64,000 nucleotides of DNA from the human T2T-CHM13v2.0 reference genome, Homo sapiens. Both the position numbers and the translations under genes were made by a program. Under the pieces are notes generated by a model. That model saw only the letters and a list, made by a program, of their open reading frames with translations, searched no databases and had not been told where the DNA came from. The stretch is from assembly GCF_009914755.1 (NCBI RefSeq), contig NC_060930.1. One strand, 5' to 3'. Positions 34,565 to 50,348 of this stretch are shown here, in pieces; positions within the stretch are counted from its first letter, which is position 1, and every line of letters starts with the position of its first letter.

Positions 34565-35559
34565 CTGCTCCATAACCTTCTTATATTTGAAAATTTATAT
34601 ATTCCTCTAGATTTGGGAAGTTCTCTCTTATTTTTCCTTTGAATAAACATCCTACCCCTATCTCTCTCTCTCAACCTACTCTTTAAAGCCAGTAACTCTT
34701 CAATTTGCCCTTTTGAGACATTTGTTTCTAAATCCTGTAGGTGTGTTTCGTTCTTTTTCATTTTCTTCTTTTCTCTCCTCTGCATATTTTCAAATAGTTT
34801 GCTTCAAGCTCACTAATTCTTTCTTCTGCTTGATTCATTCTGCTCTTAAGAGATTCTTGGGCATTCTTCAATATGTTAATTGCATTTATTAACTCCAGAA
34901 TTTCTGCTTGATTCTTTTTAATTATTTGAATCTCTTTGTCAAATGTATCTCATAGGATTCTGAATACCTTATGGAATTTTATTGAGTTTCCTCAAAACAG
35001 TTTTTTTTTAAATTCTGTGTCCAAAAGGTCACATATATCTGTCTCTCCAGGAGTGGATCCTGATGCTTTCTTTAGTGTGTTTAGTGAGGTCATGCTTTTT
35101 CTGGATGGTCTTGATGATTGTGGATATTCTGGAGGTCCGGGCATAGAAAAGTTAGGCATTTATTATAATCTTCACAGTCTGGGTTAGTTTTCACTTGTCC
35201 TTCTTGGGCAGGCTTTCCAGGTATTCAAAGACACTTAAGTGTTGTGCTCCATGTTTTTGGTCACTGCAGCTGTATCTGCAGTATAAGACACTCCACTCTA
35301 GTAATACTGTGGCTCTTGCAGACTCATAGAGGTTGTGCCTTGGTGGTCTTGGATAAGATCCAGAAGAATTATCTGTATTACTTGGCAGAGACTCTTGTTC
35401 TCTTCCCTTACTTTCTCCCAAAAATAATGGAGTCTCTCTCTCTCTGTGCTGAGCTGCCTAGAGCTGGGAGAGGGGTGACATATGGACTCCTGTGGCCACC
35501 ACCACTGGGACTGTGCTGTGTCAGACCTTGGCCTTACAGAAGGCCCATGATAACTGCCT

Positions 35560-36881
<1,322 letters not shown>

Positions 36882-38149
36882 TACAAAGCTCTATTTTCTC
36901 TTCCCTCTCTTCTTTTCAAGCAGAAAGAGGAAATCGCTCCTGGAGCTGTGAGTTGTGCTGACTGGGGTTGGGGGAGAGGTGGTGTAAGCACTACCTTGGT
37001 GACCCTGGCTTCTGTTTGACTAGGTTGCATGCCCTCCAGATTCACTGGCTCTGAGCCCAGAACAGGACCAGGACTTGCCCAGGAACTTCAGTCATTGTGG
37101 CCTACATTATCTTTCAAGTTTATTTAGGACCACAGAGCAATTTAACCCATGGTGGTAGAGGTAGCTGAAACTCAGGTTGCAACTGCTAGAATGGACGATT
37201 CCTCTCTGGCTAGAGCTGGTCTAAATGCTCCCTCTATGGGCACCAGCTGAGTTCTGCCCAGTGTTACCTTCTGCCTTGTCAAGGAAGCACTGAGTTCATC
37301 ACAAAGTTCCACAAACACTGCACTCTCCCTCCCCTAAGCATACAGATTCTTTCTCCATGCCATGCAGCTGCTGCCAGGGGGTGGAGGAGGGGTGGTATTG
37401 GCAATTCAAGACCATCTTTCCTACTCTGTACAAAGTTCTTACTCTTCCCTCCCCTTTTTTACAAGCAAAGGTGTCTCCTCCTATGGCCACCACTGCCTCA
37501 GACCCACACAGACACTGCCTGGCTAGTTAAAACCAAGTTCTGCGATTGCTCACCTTATTTTTTGGCTCTTATGAAGGTACTTTTCTGTGTGGATAGTTGA
37601 TCATTTTGGTGTTCCTACAAGGAGGCTGATTGGTGAAGTCTTCTGTTAGACCATCTTGCTCTGCTGGGATCCTTCAAAATATATTATAGATGAAACACTA
37701 AAACCATATATTCCATTAAGATTTCTGCCTAGAATAAACGCTAATGTAAGGACGACATATTCCAATTATATTTTTGAAACACTGGACCTAGTTCCATTTG
37801 CCTGAGTTAAGTAAAAATCCACTGCCTCAAAAGCACTCAAAGTTTCCTACACATATACACCTCCCTTATCCCAGAAAAAGAAAGAATGGTTTCTGGAACT
37901 GAATCACTTAGCAATTGCTTTTTTGTCCACAGCTGACACAATCTTGGAAAATGTGATTCTTCCTATAGAATAGAAGCCCATAAATTAGCCCTAAGGTAAC
38001 AATTCAGATAATTTCAGATTTGTCATGAAAAATTCACAAAGTAGTTCTCTTTTCTACTCATTAATAAAAGTTCTATTTTCTTTTCTTTTTCTCTTCTCCA
38101 GTTCACCAGAATTGTTCTCAATTAGCTAAACTGACATTATTTTATCTTT

Positions 38150-39020
38150 TATCCCTCAGTCAGTCAACAAACATTGATTGAATGCCTGTTATGTCCTGCT
38201 TACGTACCAGCACCAAGGACAGTCGCATTTCTTGCTCTCATGGAATTATAGAGGCAGAAGACAAATAAATATACAAGTATACATCAGTTGCAGTTTAAAT
38301 GAGAAGGGCCTCACTAAGTTGAACATGAGTTTTAAATAACAAGGAAAAATTCAGCCTTGAGACATTGTAAAGAAAATGTATTCCAGCTGGAGAGATTTGC
38401 AAGGGCAAGGCCCCAAGACTGCAGCAAGCTGAGTATGTTTGAGAAACAAACCAAAACCCAGTGTAGATGGAGCATCCTGAGTGAGGAGAAGGACAATAAA
38501 AGATCAAGCTAGGAGGTAGTCAGAACCCAGAACTTGTAGCAGTTTTTGGTCAGCAATAAAGAAGATGATCAGGTTTTACTCCAAGGAAAATGAAAAACTA
38601 TTGGAGATTTTCAAGCCAGAAAGTGGAACTAAGCCATAATTTACATTTTTGAAATAGTATTCCAGCTACAATGTGGTTAATGGATTATACTGTTGAAAGT
38701 AGACACAGAAAGGAAAATTAGGAAGTTATTACAGTAATCTAAATAAGAGGCAATTATGGCCTGATCAAGGATTTTAACAGTTGAAGAGGAATTAAATTTA
38801 ATTTGGAAAGTCAGCTGAGAGGACCTGTGGATGGATTCAATGTAGGGGATGAGGAAGAGATAAATGAGGGGTAACAACTATGTTTTAGACCACACTTCCA
38901 ATAGGGTGGAAGATGCTAATACCTATTAAGAAAGGGGAAAAACAGTTTGGAGCACAGGGAGGAGGGAGGAAGAAGCAATCAAGTGTTCCTTGTTAAGCAT
39001 ATTAAATTTGGAATGCCTAG
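38150..39020 (-). mobile_element. L2
   Basis: cagtcaacaaacattgattgaatgcct...ttgctctcatggaattata, with L2 body motifs through to attaaatttggaatgcct. Confidence 0.75.
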
Positions 39021-39425
39021 TAAAGTGATAGTTTACAGACAAGGAGCCCAAACACAATTTTCATGTTCTAACATTTAAAGTTCAGTCCTTATTCCAAAGT
39101 GAATCCAACTTTAGACAGGACCTCAGAAATTATTTTATTCATCTTGCATTCACAGCATAGAACTAGCCTACTTACTGATCAAACACAGAGTTAACCTTGT
39201 ATGTATCATTCTGCATCCTTGCTGAGTATTATTATAGACAGTAATAACAAAAATAATGAAAGTATTACCATACAGAGATCTTCCTCCAGTTTGTTTAATG
39301 TTAAGAATCACTTAGCACTTTTTATGTTCATGGGTGATTTATTTAATTAGGTGAAACTTGATTCTAAGAGCTTGTCTTCAGAGAGGAGTTAACTAACAAG
39401 GATAAATAAATTTATGTACTGGAAG

Positions 39426-39680
39426 GATTGGCTTCCAGTACATAAAAAGGACATTACTGAAAATCTGTTGAAACCCAAAGAGAGTCTATAGTTTAGTTAG
39501 TAGTGTTTATTGTACCAATATTTATTTCTTAGTTTGGATGACTGTATTATGGTTATGTGGGATATTAATACTAAGGAAAGGAGAGTAAAGGTATACAGGA
39601 ACTCTCTGCAATATCTTTGCAACTTTTGTGCAAACCTAAAATTCTTCCAGAATAAGAAGATATATAAAAACAAACAAAAA
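39426..39680 (+). mobile_element. L1MC/L1MD 3' end fragment
   Basis: aaaaaggacattactgaaaa...aggtatacaggaactctctgcaatatctttgcaacttttgtgcaaacctaaaatt followed by an A-rich tail. Confidence 0.75.
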
Positions 39681-41015
39681 GATACTGATATATGTCATGT
39701 AACCAAAATGGTTGAAGTACCTCACAAGGAACTAGAACCAAGAAAGAATTAAATAGTGCTGATAACCATATGCAGAATATTCACCTTTGATAGCAACAGA
39801 AGAAACACAAATCAACATGAGATAGAATATGCTTCTTATAAAATCACCCAATTTATAATGATAACCAATACTGAGTAGAGTTTGGGAAAAAGATCCCTTT
39901 ATACACTGCAGGGGATATTTATCATGTCAGTATCTTTATATTTAAGCTAATAGAAAACTTGCCCCACATTGGAATAGGAAGGAATTTTTTGGCTCGAGAA
40001 TCTGAAAAGTTTAAAGTTAAGTAAAGTTTCAAGTGAGAACTGGCCCAGTATATAAAAATTGAGGTTCTTTTTGTCTCTCCTGACTGCTTGACCCTAATGT
40101 TATCTCCACATATGCATGGGACTGTAGCAATTCCCACAGCTGTATTTTTCCTCTTTGTACCAGGAAGCCAAGAGAATGGTTTTTCTAATAGTTCTGAAAA
40201 AGAAAATATTTCTCACCTCAATGGCTTAAGTTACGGGTCCGTATCCCTGAGCCATTCACTCTGGCCTGAAGGATGACTTCACAGGGACCAATCCCTCTAA
40301 CACCCTCTAGATGATACTATGAGAGGGAAGGTCCATTAAAGGATAGAGGAGGTGGAGAACACTATTGATAGTTCCTTGAAGGAGTGCTATAATATAATGT
40401 AACTTTTATGGAAGCCTTTTAAAAATCATGAATTTCAAGCATTTCCAGCATTTGCATTTATCTCAAATAATCAAAGTTGTACAAAGAAAGAATATATGCA
40501 CAGGAGATATTCTGGTAATTTTATACATATAAATTCTGAAACAAACTAAATGGCCAGCTATAGTATGTTTGTTACATGAGTTACAGTGCATTGCTCAATG
40601 GACTATCATGTATCTGGTAAATGTGATGTTTTAAGAGAATATTTACTAGTAAATAAAGATCATTCTGTACTAGTAAGTTCAACAAATGAGTATTGATGGT
40701 CTACTGGGAGACATCAATGAACAAAAGAAAAATATGTCTGCTCTCTTGGATTTAAATAAAAAATTAATAATATTACAAAGAACATGACGAGTTTTTTAAA
40801 AAAACAAGATTCTCAGTTGCATGTACACATGAATATCTGCAAAACATATGCCTTCATACACGAATATTTACAAAGTTGTACATCAATGCTAGGAGTAGCT
40901 TTCTCTGGCTTGTGCTTTAAATGAGATTTGTTTTTTCTGTTTGGTTCTTTATTTTCCAAATTATCTAACATAAAAATGTATAGTACTCCCTTTAAATCAG
41001 AAAATAAGTAACAAG

Positions 41016-41324
41016 TTTTTTGTTTTTTTGTGTGTTTTTTTTTTTTTTGAGACGAAGTCTCGCTCTGTCGCCCAGGCTGGAGTGAGTGGCAGGATCTCGG
41101 CTCCCTGCAAGCTCCGCCTCCCGTGTTCACGCCATTCTCCTGCCTCAGCCTCCAGAGTAGCTGGGACTACAGGCGCCCGCCACTATGCCTGGCTAATTTT
41201 TTGTATTTTTAGCAGAGACGGGGTTTAATCTTGTTGGGATGGTCTCTATCTCCTGACTTCGTGATCCGCCCACCTCGGCCTCCCAAAGTGCTAGGATTAC
41301 AGGCGTGAGCCACCGCGCCCAGCC
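41016..41324 (-). mobile_element. AluY-like
   Basis: gcaagctccgcctcc..ttcacgccattctcc; ends gagccaccgcgcccagcc; T-rich tail. Confidence 0.93.
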
Positions 41325-42808
41325 AAGTGTGTTATTTTTTAAAAGAGTAGATATTGACTTCTGCTGATGCCTTGCCGTTTATAGAATACCTGCTACATGC
41401 TTAGTTTTTTTCTTTTCATTCTTACATACTTTGGGGTTAGGTGAGGAAAATGGAAAAGAAGAGAGGATGTTGAATCCTCTTATTCTATACTGAGAACTAA
41501 TTCTACCTAATTTGCTCAAATCAAACACTTCTTACATCAAACCTCATTCATTTTAGTAAATGTTGATGATAAATTTATATTCTATAAGATAGAATTGGTA
41601 TTTTTAGATCTGAGAAAAACTAAAATTGGATGCAAGGAATGGACGTTACCTATTTTTATTATCTAAGACATGATTGCAGAATGAATTATAATTTCTATTA
41701 CAGAATTCCCACAGCATGACTTCTGTCATAGATTAAAAATGATTCTCATACTGTCCAAGACATTTTATATTAACCTTGGTGTGTAAATTCCAAAGCCATT
41801 CCCAGAATAGAGATGTTTTTAAAGAAATTTCCCATGAGAAAACAAAGCATCTGAGTTTTAGTAATAGCAAAAAATGAAACATTCACTCAAATGACCAACT
41901 TTTCTGAGTTAAATACTCACTACCATCATCAATGGTAAAAACCTCCTTTGCATGTATGGGCTAAAGTTTTTAAAGAACGCTTGTCCTGTGGAATTAATTC
42001 CTATACACACATCATATTATGTATTAAACTGAATTTGATGAACTTTGACCTCTTGGGGTCGAACAATTGGTCAAATAAGACCATAAAGATTTCTTGGAAT
42101 TTGTTGGATGAGTGATGAGTGACTCCAAACTTACTCCCAGGAGCATTACGACTAAGTTTCTATTGCATCACGTATTGAACAAAAGTCTCTGAAAGCCCTT
42201 TATAATCTGGAAAGTTTAGAAAGGTCTTATGCATGTGAGGTGTTTTCTGAACATTCTGACATCCTAGTTTGAAGGATTAATGACTCCCTCCTAATTCCCG
42301 GAAGATTCTGTTGCAAAGCTGGCCTCAGATTTATCCCAGGAAGAAACATGAACAAGTTGCTCACTAGATCTTTTGACACTTTTCCTTTTGTTATTTTTTG
42401 GACACCAACTATGGAATCTTGATTCATCAGTAATAAATATCAGGTGCATCAGTTATTTTCATGAACAGGATGCCCAGTGAAGTTATACAAGTGTCAATTC
42501 AAAATGTGTTTGCAGATACTGGGTAATAACATATTTCCACTATATAACAGATCCATAATCATTTAGTATGGGGGACTGTTCAAAATATGTGGAATGAAAC
42601 AATTGTTTCCAGAGTAGTGGAGCACCCATTTATAAAACAACTGAAGGCAGCCTAGCCTTTCCATAAGAGATTTAACTTCCTTTGAAGTAAGAAACTATGA
42701 AGGAACAAAGGCCAATGACAAGCCCATATCTACTTAATAGATCTTTTCTGCAAAAAAGTAATTAGAAATAATACCAGAGATAAGTAGATTAAAGTAATTA
42801 TTAACTAG

Positions 42809-43162
<354 letters not shown>

Positions 43163-44449
43163 TGAAACTTTTAATAATCTGTAATCTCAAGATTTGGAGA
43201 ACACGTAGCCTTTTTAAAAAAAATTTTAAAAGACTCAAACACGGTCCAGAATCAAGGTCCATAGAACAATAGCAGTCAAAAAGTCTTAAGTGTAATTTTT
43301 AAATTTTTCTGCAAAACATTCTAACAATAACCTCCAACTATTTAATCCAGTAGTTAAACATAGAAATACTCAGCTGACATTCATGATTCACTATTAAGAA
43401 ACCCACTCAGCGGAAGTCCAGGAAGATGTTCTGATGCCTAATACAAATGACAGTGCACAAATGGTAATTAAACCTGAAAAAAAAGAGTCTATTCTGGCAG
43501 TTAGAAATCACATATTGTCCTTCTACTGCTGTAACAGAATATGCTATTAGACAACAAAATGTACAGTGTATAATTGTGTGGTTTATAAAATTAAATTATT
43601 TAAGATTAAAATGTAGAAGGAAATAATTAACTAATAATCAAGTAATTAATTGTTTAGTATCCACAAAGATAAGTATCATTCCTGGCACTGTGAAAAACAC
43701 ATTAAATTGTCCTGGCCTTGCTCTTCAGGAGCTTACACTCTGGGCAGTTCAGGTTAATTTGGATTTTGCACCTGCAATTATCAAATTCTATTGTCTTCTA
43801 CTCAAATTATATTTACTGTAACACTAGCAAAGCTTGAACTTCAGGATCTTTCATGTGCATGGATATCTTTCAAGGCCCTCGAAGGGGCCCCAGCAGTGTA
43901 TTTACATGGTGATATGTTTTTGCTCATTTAACTGGAACCAGGTGAAACTCCTGTTTCTTTCCACAAGGACCTTTTCTGCGTCATACTTTTCCTCATGTTG
44001 GGTGGTGCTAAAGTGACCATGGGCATTCAGGGGATCTGGCTAAGGGTATTTTCAGTTGGGGAATTCCTTTAGTTTTGATTTGGTGGGATATATTCATGCA
44101 GTTTGAAGTCATTCTCTGGTATGGTTAAATACTCGTTAACCACCTCAGTGTACACATGATGTTCAGGAACTATCATACTACACCAACTCATCCAGCATCA
44201 AGGCACAATGATGCAAGACATAAAAGTCATGATTCAGAAATGTCCTGTGGCATCTGGCACCGGAAATGTGTGGGTAATAAAGAAGAAACAAAATTATTCA
44301 GTTTACTTGTGACCATATGAATATCTTAGATGAATTCATGCATAATTGAATCTAATAAAATGGCAATGTGTTTTTAAATTGTTCCAATATTTTAAATGTA
44401 TTATCTTAATAACATCCATTAGATGTTAATAAAGTACATTGTGTGTTAT

Positions 44450-44640
44450 TATTTGTAGCTAACATTTTCACTATACCAGACATAGTTCTAATCACTTTGC
44501 GTTTGCTTGACTCTCAAATTAAACTGAGGAGATAATATTATTATCCCATTTTACAAACAGAGAAACAGAGTGACTTAGCTTGCCTGAAATCACACATTTT
44601 TCTAATACAAAATGGAACTAAATTTGAACACAACTTTCTT
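44450..44640 (-). mobile_element. MIR
   Basis: tattattatcccattttacaaacagagaaacagag...ttgcctgaaatcacac. Confidence 0.7.
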
Positions 44641-45423
44641 ACTAGTATTCGTTTACTGGTAATATTTGTTTTTCTTTTTCTTTCTGCCCTTTGCTACCAT
44701 AGCACTTCTCACCTCCTGAAATAACAAACAGGGGTAATAAATATAAGCGATAAAATCAGTAGAGAGTCTTCTAACATTCAAAAGGAAGCTTTTTTTTAAT
44801 TAGATCACCTAGAATTTAGACTAACATAGAAAACTTCTTTATCATCTTCCTTTCCCAGCAGGTGCATTTCTTTTAGCCTTCCAAAGGATTTGACGTTATA
44901 CTGAGATTTTAGTTTCAACTCCATAATTTACATGGACCCAATCTCCTACCGCCACATAGGTATAACAACCCAAGTCCCTGGAGTATTAAGACAGCACACC
45001 ACTACCCATGGCCAGAGTACCTGGAGCATTCCATGCAGACCATCAAAACTTCATTTTCTGCCTCCTAAGTATTTCCCTAACTTTCTTTTGAGCTCTTCTA
45101 TCTATTTTAAGGAATACTGTGTCTCTAGCATTTCCGTGTTTTACCAGGAGGATTTTCAGGGTTTTTAAATTTAGAAACTTATAAGAAACCACCTTCTCAT
45201 TTCTGTTTTCCTTTTTCCTACCATCCACTGAGTCCCTACAAACACATGTTACAACTTCCTCTTTTTATTTGTTCAGAGCATTTCTTATGTCTTATTCACT
45301 TTTTCTCAGGCCATACATTTTTTTTTCCTTGCCTGGAGAAGGGCAGAATGGTTGGTGGGAAACAGGAGTTTGGGGAGAGAAGGATAAAAACATATTGATT
45401 AAAAAATGTTAACAATTTTTCCT

Positions 45424-46195
45424 TGTAACAGAGAATGACTAGATCTTCCAATCAGGTTTCCTTTTCCTGGGCAGTCAGGAAAATGGTATTTCCCAGCCAT
45501 CCTTTCCATTAGGCTGAAGCCATCTGAGTTGATTCCAACCAATGGAGTGTGAAAGGAAGAGGATGCTGCACTTTCAGGTCTGGCCCAAAAACCTCCAGAG
45601 ATATCCTCCATACACTCTCTCTCCTTTTTCTCAAATGCTACAGCCACTATACTCTTTGGAAGAAGCTTGGACCCCTGAATTACTGACCAAAGGCAGCCAA
45701 CAAAGGAGCTACCTGACTGATAGGGTTTGCCTCTGCGTACTCGCCCCAATCACATGTTGAATTGTAATCTCCAGTGTTAGAGGTGGGGCCTGGTGAAAGC
45801 TGATTGGATCATGGGGGTGGTTTCTCATGACTTAGCACCATCCCCCTAGTGCTGTCTCAGGATAGAATTCTCATGAGATCTGGTTTTTTAAACGTGTGCA
45901 GCGCCTCCCCCTTCACTCTTTTTCTTCTGCTCCTGCCATGTAGGATATGCCGGCTTCCCCTTCACCCTCCACCATGATTGTAAGTTTCCTGAGGCCTCCC
46001 CAGCCATACTTCCTATGCAGCCTGTAGAATCATGTGCCAATTACTCTCTTCTCTTTATAATTACTTAGTCTCAGGTAGTTCTTTACAGCAATGTGAGAAT
46101 GGATTAATACACTGACCCATCCTACAACTGGGTGTCAGTGATGAATTAACTCTTATTGTGCTTAGCCACTGAATTTTGGGAGTTGCTGGCATTAA
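45424..46195 (+). mobile_element. Old MLT1/ERVL-type LTR hosting an MSTA
   Basis: tttcccagcc..cattaggctgaagccat..ccaaccaatggagtgtga; resumes after the MSTA with aactcttattgtgcttagccactgaattttggg. Confidence 0.65.
45718..46111 (+). mobile_element. MSTA solo LTR
   Basis: tgatagggtttg...gagaatggattaataca with 5-bp TSD CTGAC on both sides. Confidence 0.93.
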
Positions 46196-47093
46196 TTATC
46201 CAGATGAAAATATTCCTACTACAGCTATTTGAAAACCACAGTTTTAAGCTGAGATGCTCAAATATATGGTAAATAAAATAAGTGACCCCATCTGGAGTCA
46301 GATTTGTTCATGATTTTACTTAAAAATGCATATGTAGAATCTCATTTGTAAGTTTATGTATCAATTTTTATAATTGTCTATTGAATGTATATTCCAGTAA
46401 AACATCAAAATTTCAAGTGCCCTCAACTTTTAGACATTATCCATTTATTTTGCCTTAAATATTGATTACAACATTTCTAGCAGCTGTATATTTGTGCAGT
46501 AGCAATCCCAAATATGTTCACCAATTTAAAATAAAATTGATGACTTCTTGGAATCTGAAGTAAATGACTGTCAGAGAAAGCAGAGAAGCAACTCCTCACC
46601 CATTCCCAGCACCAAGCTGGATTTCAAGCTGGCCAAGATATACAGATGTGTGCATACCTCTCTGTGTATTCTCTAGAGAATAAAGAATATAAATACCATC
46701 AAATGCATACAGATTAATTCTTTATCCAACTAATGTTTCTAACTAATGTTTACTGTCTGTGCATGTGTGTCTATGTATCTATTTTTAAGAAAAAGCAAAA
46801 TGTTTAAAACTGAACTTAATAGCATTTTCATATATTACAATAGCTTAAACTGACTAGCTCTAGAAAAATCTATTCCCGGATAAGTAAGAGTTTGAATTCA
46901 AAATGAAAACTACAGATTTATTTTGTTTTCTCACATTTCACTGTAGCATGGTAATTGTTTGAAAGCTTTGTAACATTTTGAAATTGATGGCAGTTACATT
47001 TTATTTCTTTGGAAAGCTATCTTATGTTGTTTCATAACATTCATTTTCTAGTGGGGAGAGACTTCCAAAATTTTCACTTTAAGAATGGGAAAA

Positions 47094-47797
47094 CAACGAG
47101 ATACCATCTCACACCAGTCAGAATGGTTATTATTAAATCAAAAAATAACAGATGCTGGCGAGGTTGAGGAGAAAAGGGAAGGCTTATACAATGCTTAGTT
47201 CAGCCATTGTGGAAAGCAGTGAGGCAATTCCTCAGACAACTTAAAACAGAATTACTGTTAGACTCAGCAATCCCATTATTGAGTATAATTATACCCAGAG
47301 TATAAATTGTTCTACCATGAAAATACATACACACGTAAGTTTATTGCAGCACTATTCACAACAGCAAAGACATGGAATCAACCTAAGTGCCCGTCAATAG
47401 AAAACTAGATAAAGAAAATGTGGTACACATACACCCTTAGAATACCACGCAGGCATAAAAATGAATGCGATTATGTCCTTTGCAACAACATGGATGGAGC
47501 TAGAGGCCATTGTCCTAAGCAAACTAATACAGGAACAGAAAAATCAAATACACATGTTCTCACTTATAAGTGAGAGCTAAGCAATAAGAACACATGGACA
47601 CAAAAAGGGGAACAGACACTGGGGCCTACCTGAGGGAAGAGACTGAGCGGATCAAAGAAAATACCTACTGGATACTAGGCTTATTACCTAGGTGATGAAA
47701 TAACCTGTAAACCAAACCTTCATGGCACACAGTTTACCTATTTAAGAAACCTGCACATGTACCCTTGGACCTAAAATAAAAGTTTTAAAAAAAAGAA
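47094..47797 (+). mobile_element. 5'-truncated L1 (L1PA15/16-like) 3' end
   Basis: gagataccatctcacaccagtcagaatgg...aaacctgcacatgtaccc..ctaaaataaaagtt plus A tail; approximate TSD aagaatg..aaa. Confidence 0.88.
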
Positions 47798-48349
47798 AAG
47801 AATGAAGAAAGAAAGGCAAAGCTTAATTACCTTGCTCGAAGTCCTAGAGACAGCTGCTGGTGTCTGATCTGCCTATAAAATCTAGTGTCTTGCTTCCCAT
47901 TTCCCTCCTGCTTTTTGTCTCATTAGAGAGATCCTCCTATTCCAAAATCAATCTCAAAAGTTTCGAAATTATCTTACATTCTACTTTTTAAAACTTTCGT
48001 ATACATAATCTTAATAATCTTAATATTTGAGAGCAACTTTCCACATTCACAATGTCATATATTTTCTACTTTTGTGATTTTCTAAATAAAATTACCAACT
48101 AAAAATTTCCTCAAATGTATGCCTATAGAAAGCTGTGAGTATTATTTCCTAATGGAATCCCAGGGTCATAAAATCTTTAATTTCAATGAAGGAATTTTCA
48201 GTTGTTCTTAATCTTTTTATAGCAAAAGTGTCATACTTTAATATTAGGATGAAATTTGAATTTCCAAATGCAATGAGAAACAAACAGAATTTTGTAAGCC
48301 AACTCATGCAGAAGTTCTTTTAGATAAGAAATTCTCGAGTTTTTAAATG

Positions 48350-49385
48350 TATTTTTAAATTTTAATTGACAATATTTATGGGGTACAATGTCATGTTTTG
48401 ATCTATGTATACATTATACAAAGATTCAATTAAGCTAATTAACATATCCATCACTTCACCAATTTATCATTTTTTTAATGGTAAGAATGTTAAAAATCTG
48501 TTTCAGCAATTTGAAATACGCAATGCATTATTGACTGTAGTCACCATGCAGTGCAATATGCCACTAAAATTTATTCCTCAGTAGTCTAACTTAAATGTTG
48601 CACCCTTTTATCAACATTTTCCCTTTCCCAACCCTTACCCTTTCCCTTATCCTCTAGTAATGACCTTTCTACTCTGTTTCCATGTGATCAACTATTTTAG
48701 ATTCCACATATAAGTGACATCATACAGTATTTGTCTTTCTATGCCTAGTTTATTTGGCTTAGTGTAATGTCTTCCAGTTCCATCCATGTCCCAGATGACA
48801 TTTCTCCCTTTTTTAAGGCTGCATAGTATTCCATTGTGTATTTATATTAGATTTTATCTATCCATTCATCCATTGATGGACACTTAGGTTGCTTTCATAT
48901 CTGGGCTATTGTGAATAAAGCTGAAATTAACATGGGAGTGCAGATATATCTTCAAAATACTAATTTAAAATCCTTTCAATAAACAGTCGTGCATCACTTA
49001 ACAATGGGGATATGTTCTGAGAAACATTTTGTTAGGCAATTTCACCATTGTGCAAACACCGTAGACTGTACTTGCACAAACCTAGATGGCATCGCCTACT
49101 ACACACCTAGGCTATATAGTATAGCCTGTGGTCCTAGGCTACAAACCTTTATAGCAGTTACTGTACTGAATACTATGGGCAATTGTAAGACAAAGGTAAG
49201 TATTGCATATCTAAACATATTTAAACATAGGAAAAGTACAGTAAAAACACAGTATGATATCTTAGGAGACCACCATCGTATATGTAGTCCACTGTTAACC
49301 AAACATTGTTATGTGGTGCATTACTGTATACCCAGGAGTGGGACTGCTGGATTGTATGGCAATTCTATTTATAGTTTTTTAAAAC
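48350..49385 (-). mobile_element. L1MA (MA8/9-like) 3' end interrupted by Tigger3
   Basis: aagctaattaacatatccatcac; ttagattccacatataagtga; resumes at tatacccaggagtgggactgctgg. Confidence 0.85.
48984..49326 (-). mobile_element. Tigger3a-like MITE
   Basis: Ends cagtcgtgcatcacttaacaatggggat and cattgttatgtggtgcattactg|ta; about 343 bp. Confidence 0.88.
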
Positions 49386-50089
49386 CCTCAAAGATAACTC
49401 ACACTCAGAAGCTGTTCGTCATCTGACTATAATTTTTTTCTAGAGTTTAATAAACCACAAATTGGCTGCAGAATAGATGACTTCAGCTATTTTAGCATTA
49501 AATCTACATATGTCTAAATGGCATTCTTGTTTCTTTTGGTGAGGCTAGCCAAGCAATGAAAATACCTTCAATGTTAAAGAAAAAAAAATGTTTCTGGGTT
49601 TAAACTTACTATTTAATGGGCTAAACTAATTTTCAACTTTAAATATTAGTAGATGAATAAATCAATTGAAGAATTGTTATTAGGTAAGATTCACATCATT
49701 TGTTTCCTGTCTCTCAGGGCCCACTGTCCTTTGTTGCCTAATGTCCAGTATCTTCAAAACATTTGTTTCGTAAATTTTGTCTGTATTTTTCTTTTTCTTG
49801 CTATTGTTCCAGGAGGGGAGGTAGTTTCATCCTCTGTTACTACTTCTAGGCTGGAAGCTGAAGTATTTAAACACATTTTAACAAGAAAGGATTCAAGAAA
49901 AGTTTTTGAAAGAGGGAAAGCCTTGAGGTGAAATTTTACATGGTGACTTACTAGTCATTACGAAATGGCTCAGAAAATAAGAATGAAAATTTAACTGATT
50001 TATTATTTAACCCAGGCACAAGGAGATTGGTTTAGCCTACTTAGAAAATATGTGGAAATTGGCCACCTTACTTATCAGTAAGCTTAGGG

Positions 50090-50315
50090 TAATTTTTGCT
50101 GCAGACACAAAGCAATCCCTCAAAAGTTTATTTATTGCTCCATCATAGGACCCAGGATGATGGAGCAGCCTCTCTCTAGAATATAACTAGTTTGATGGCA
50201 GAGATAAATCAGAAAGTGCTGAAACTACAATATGTCTTATAGCTTTGCTCAAACAGGAGACAAATCATGTTCACCCATCTTTTAATAACCAAAACCAATG
50301 ACATACTTATCGTCA
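50090..50315 (-). mobile_element. MLT1-type LTR fragment, probable host of the HERV-H
   Basis: ggacccaggatgatggagcagcc...tttgatggcagag; appears to continue at about 56381-56432 (gaatattgagaacaataataaaatcgaccat). Confidence 0.5.
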
Positions 50316-50348
50316 TCTAGGAGGCGTGGGAACCTAGAGTGGGAGAGA

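Noticed and set aside
48989-49426. 145-aa ORF
   Set aside because: Reads through a non-autonomous Tigger3a MITE; no transposase motifs.
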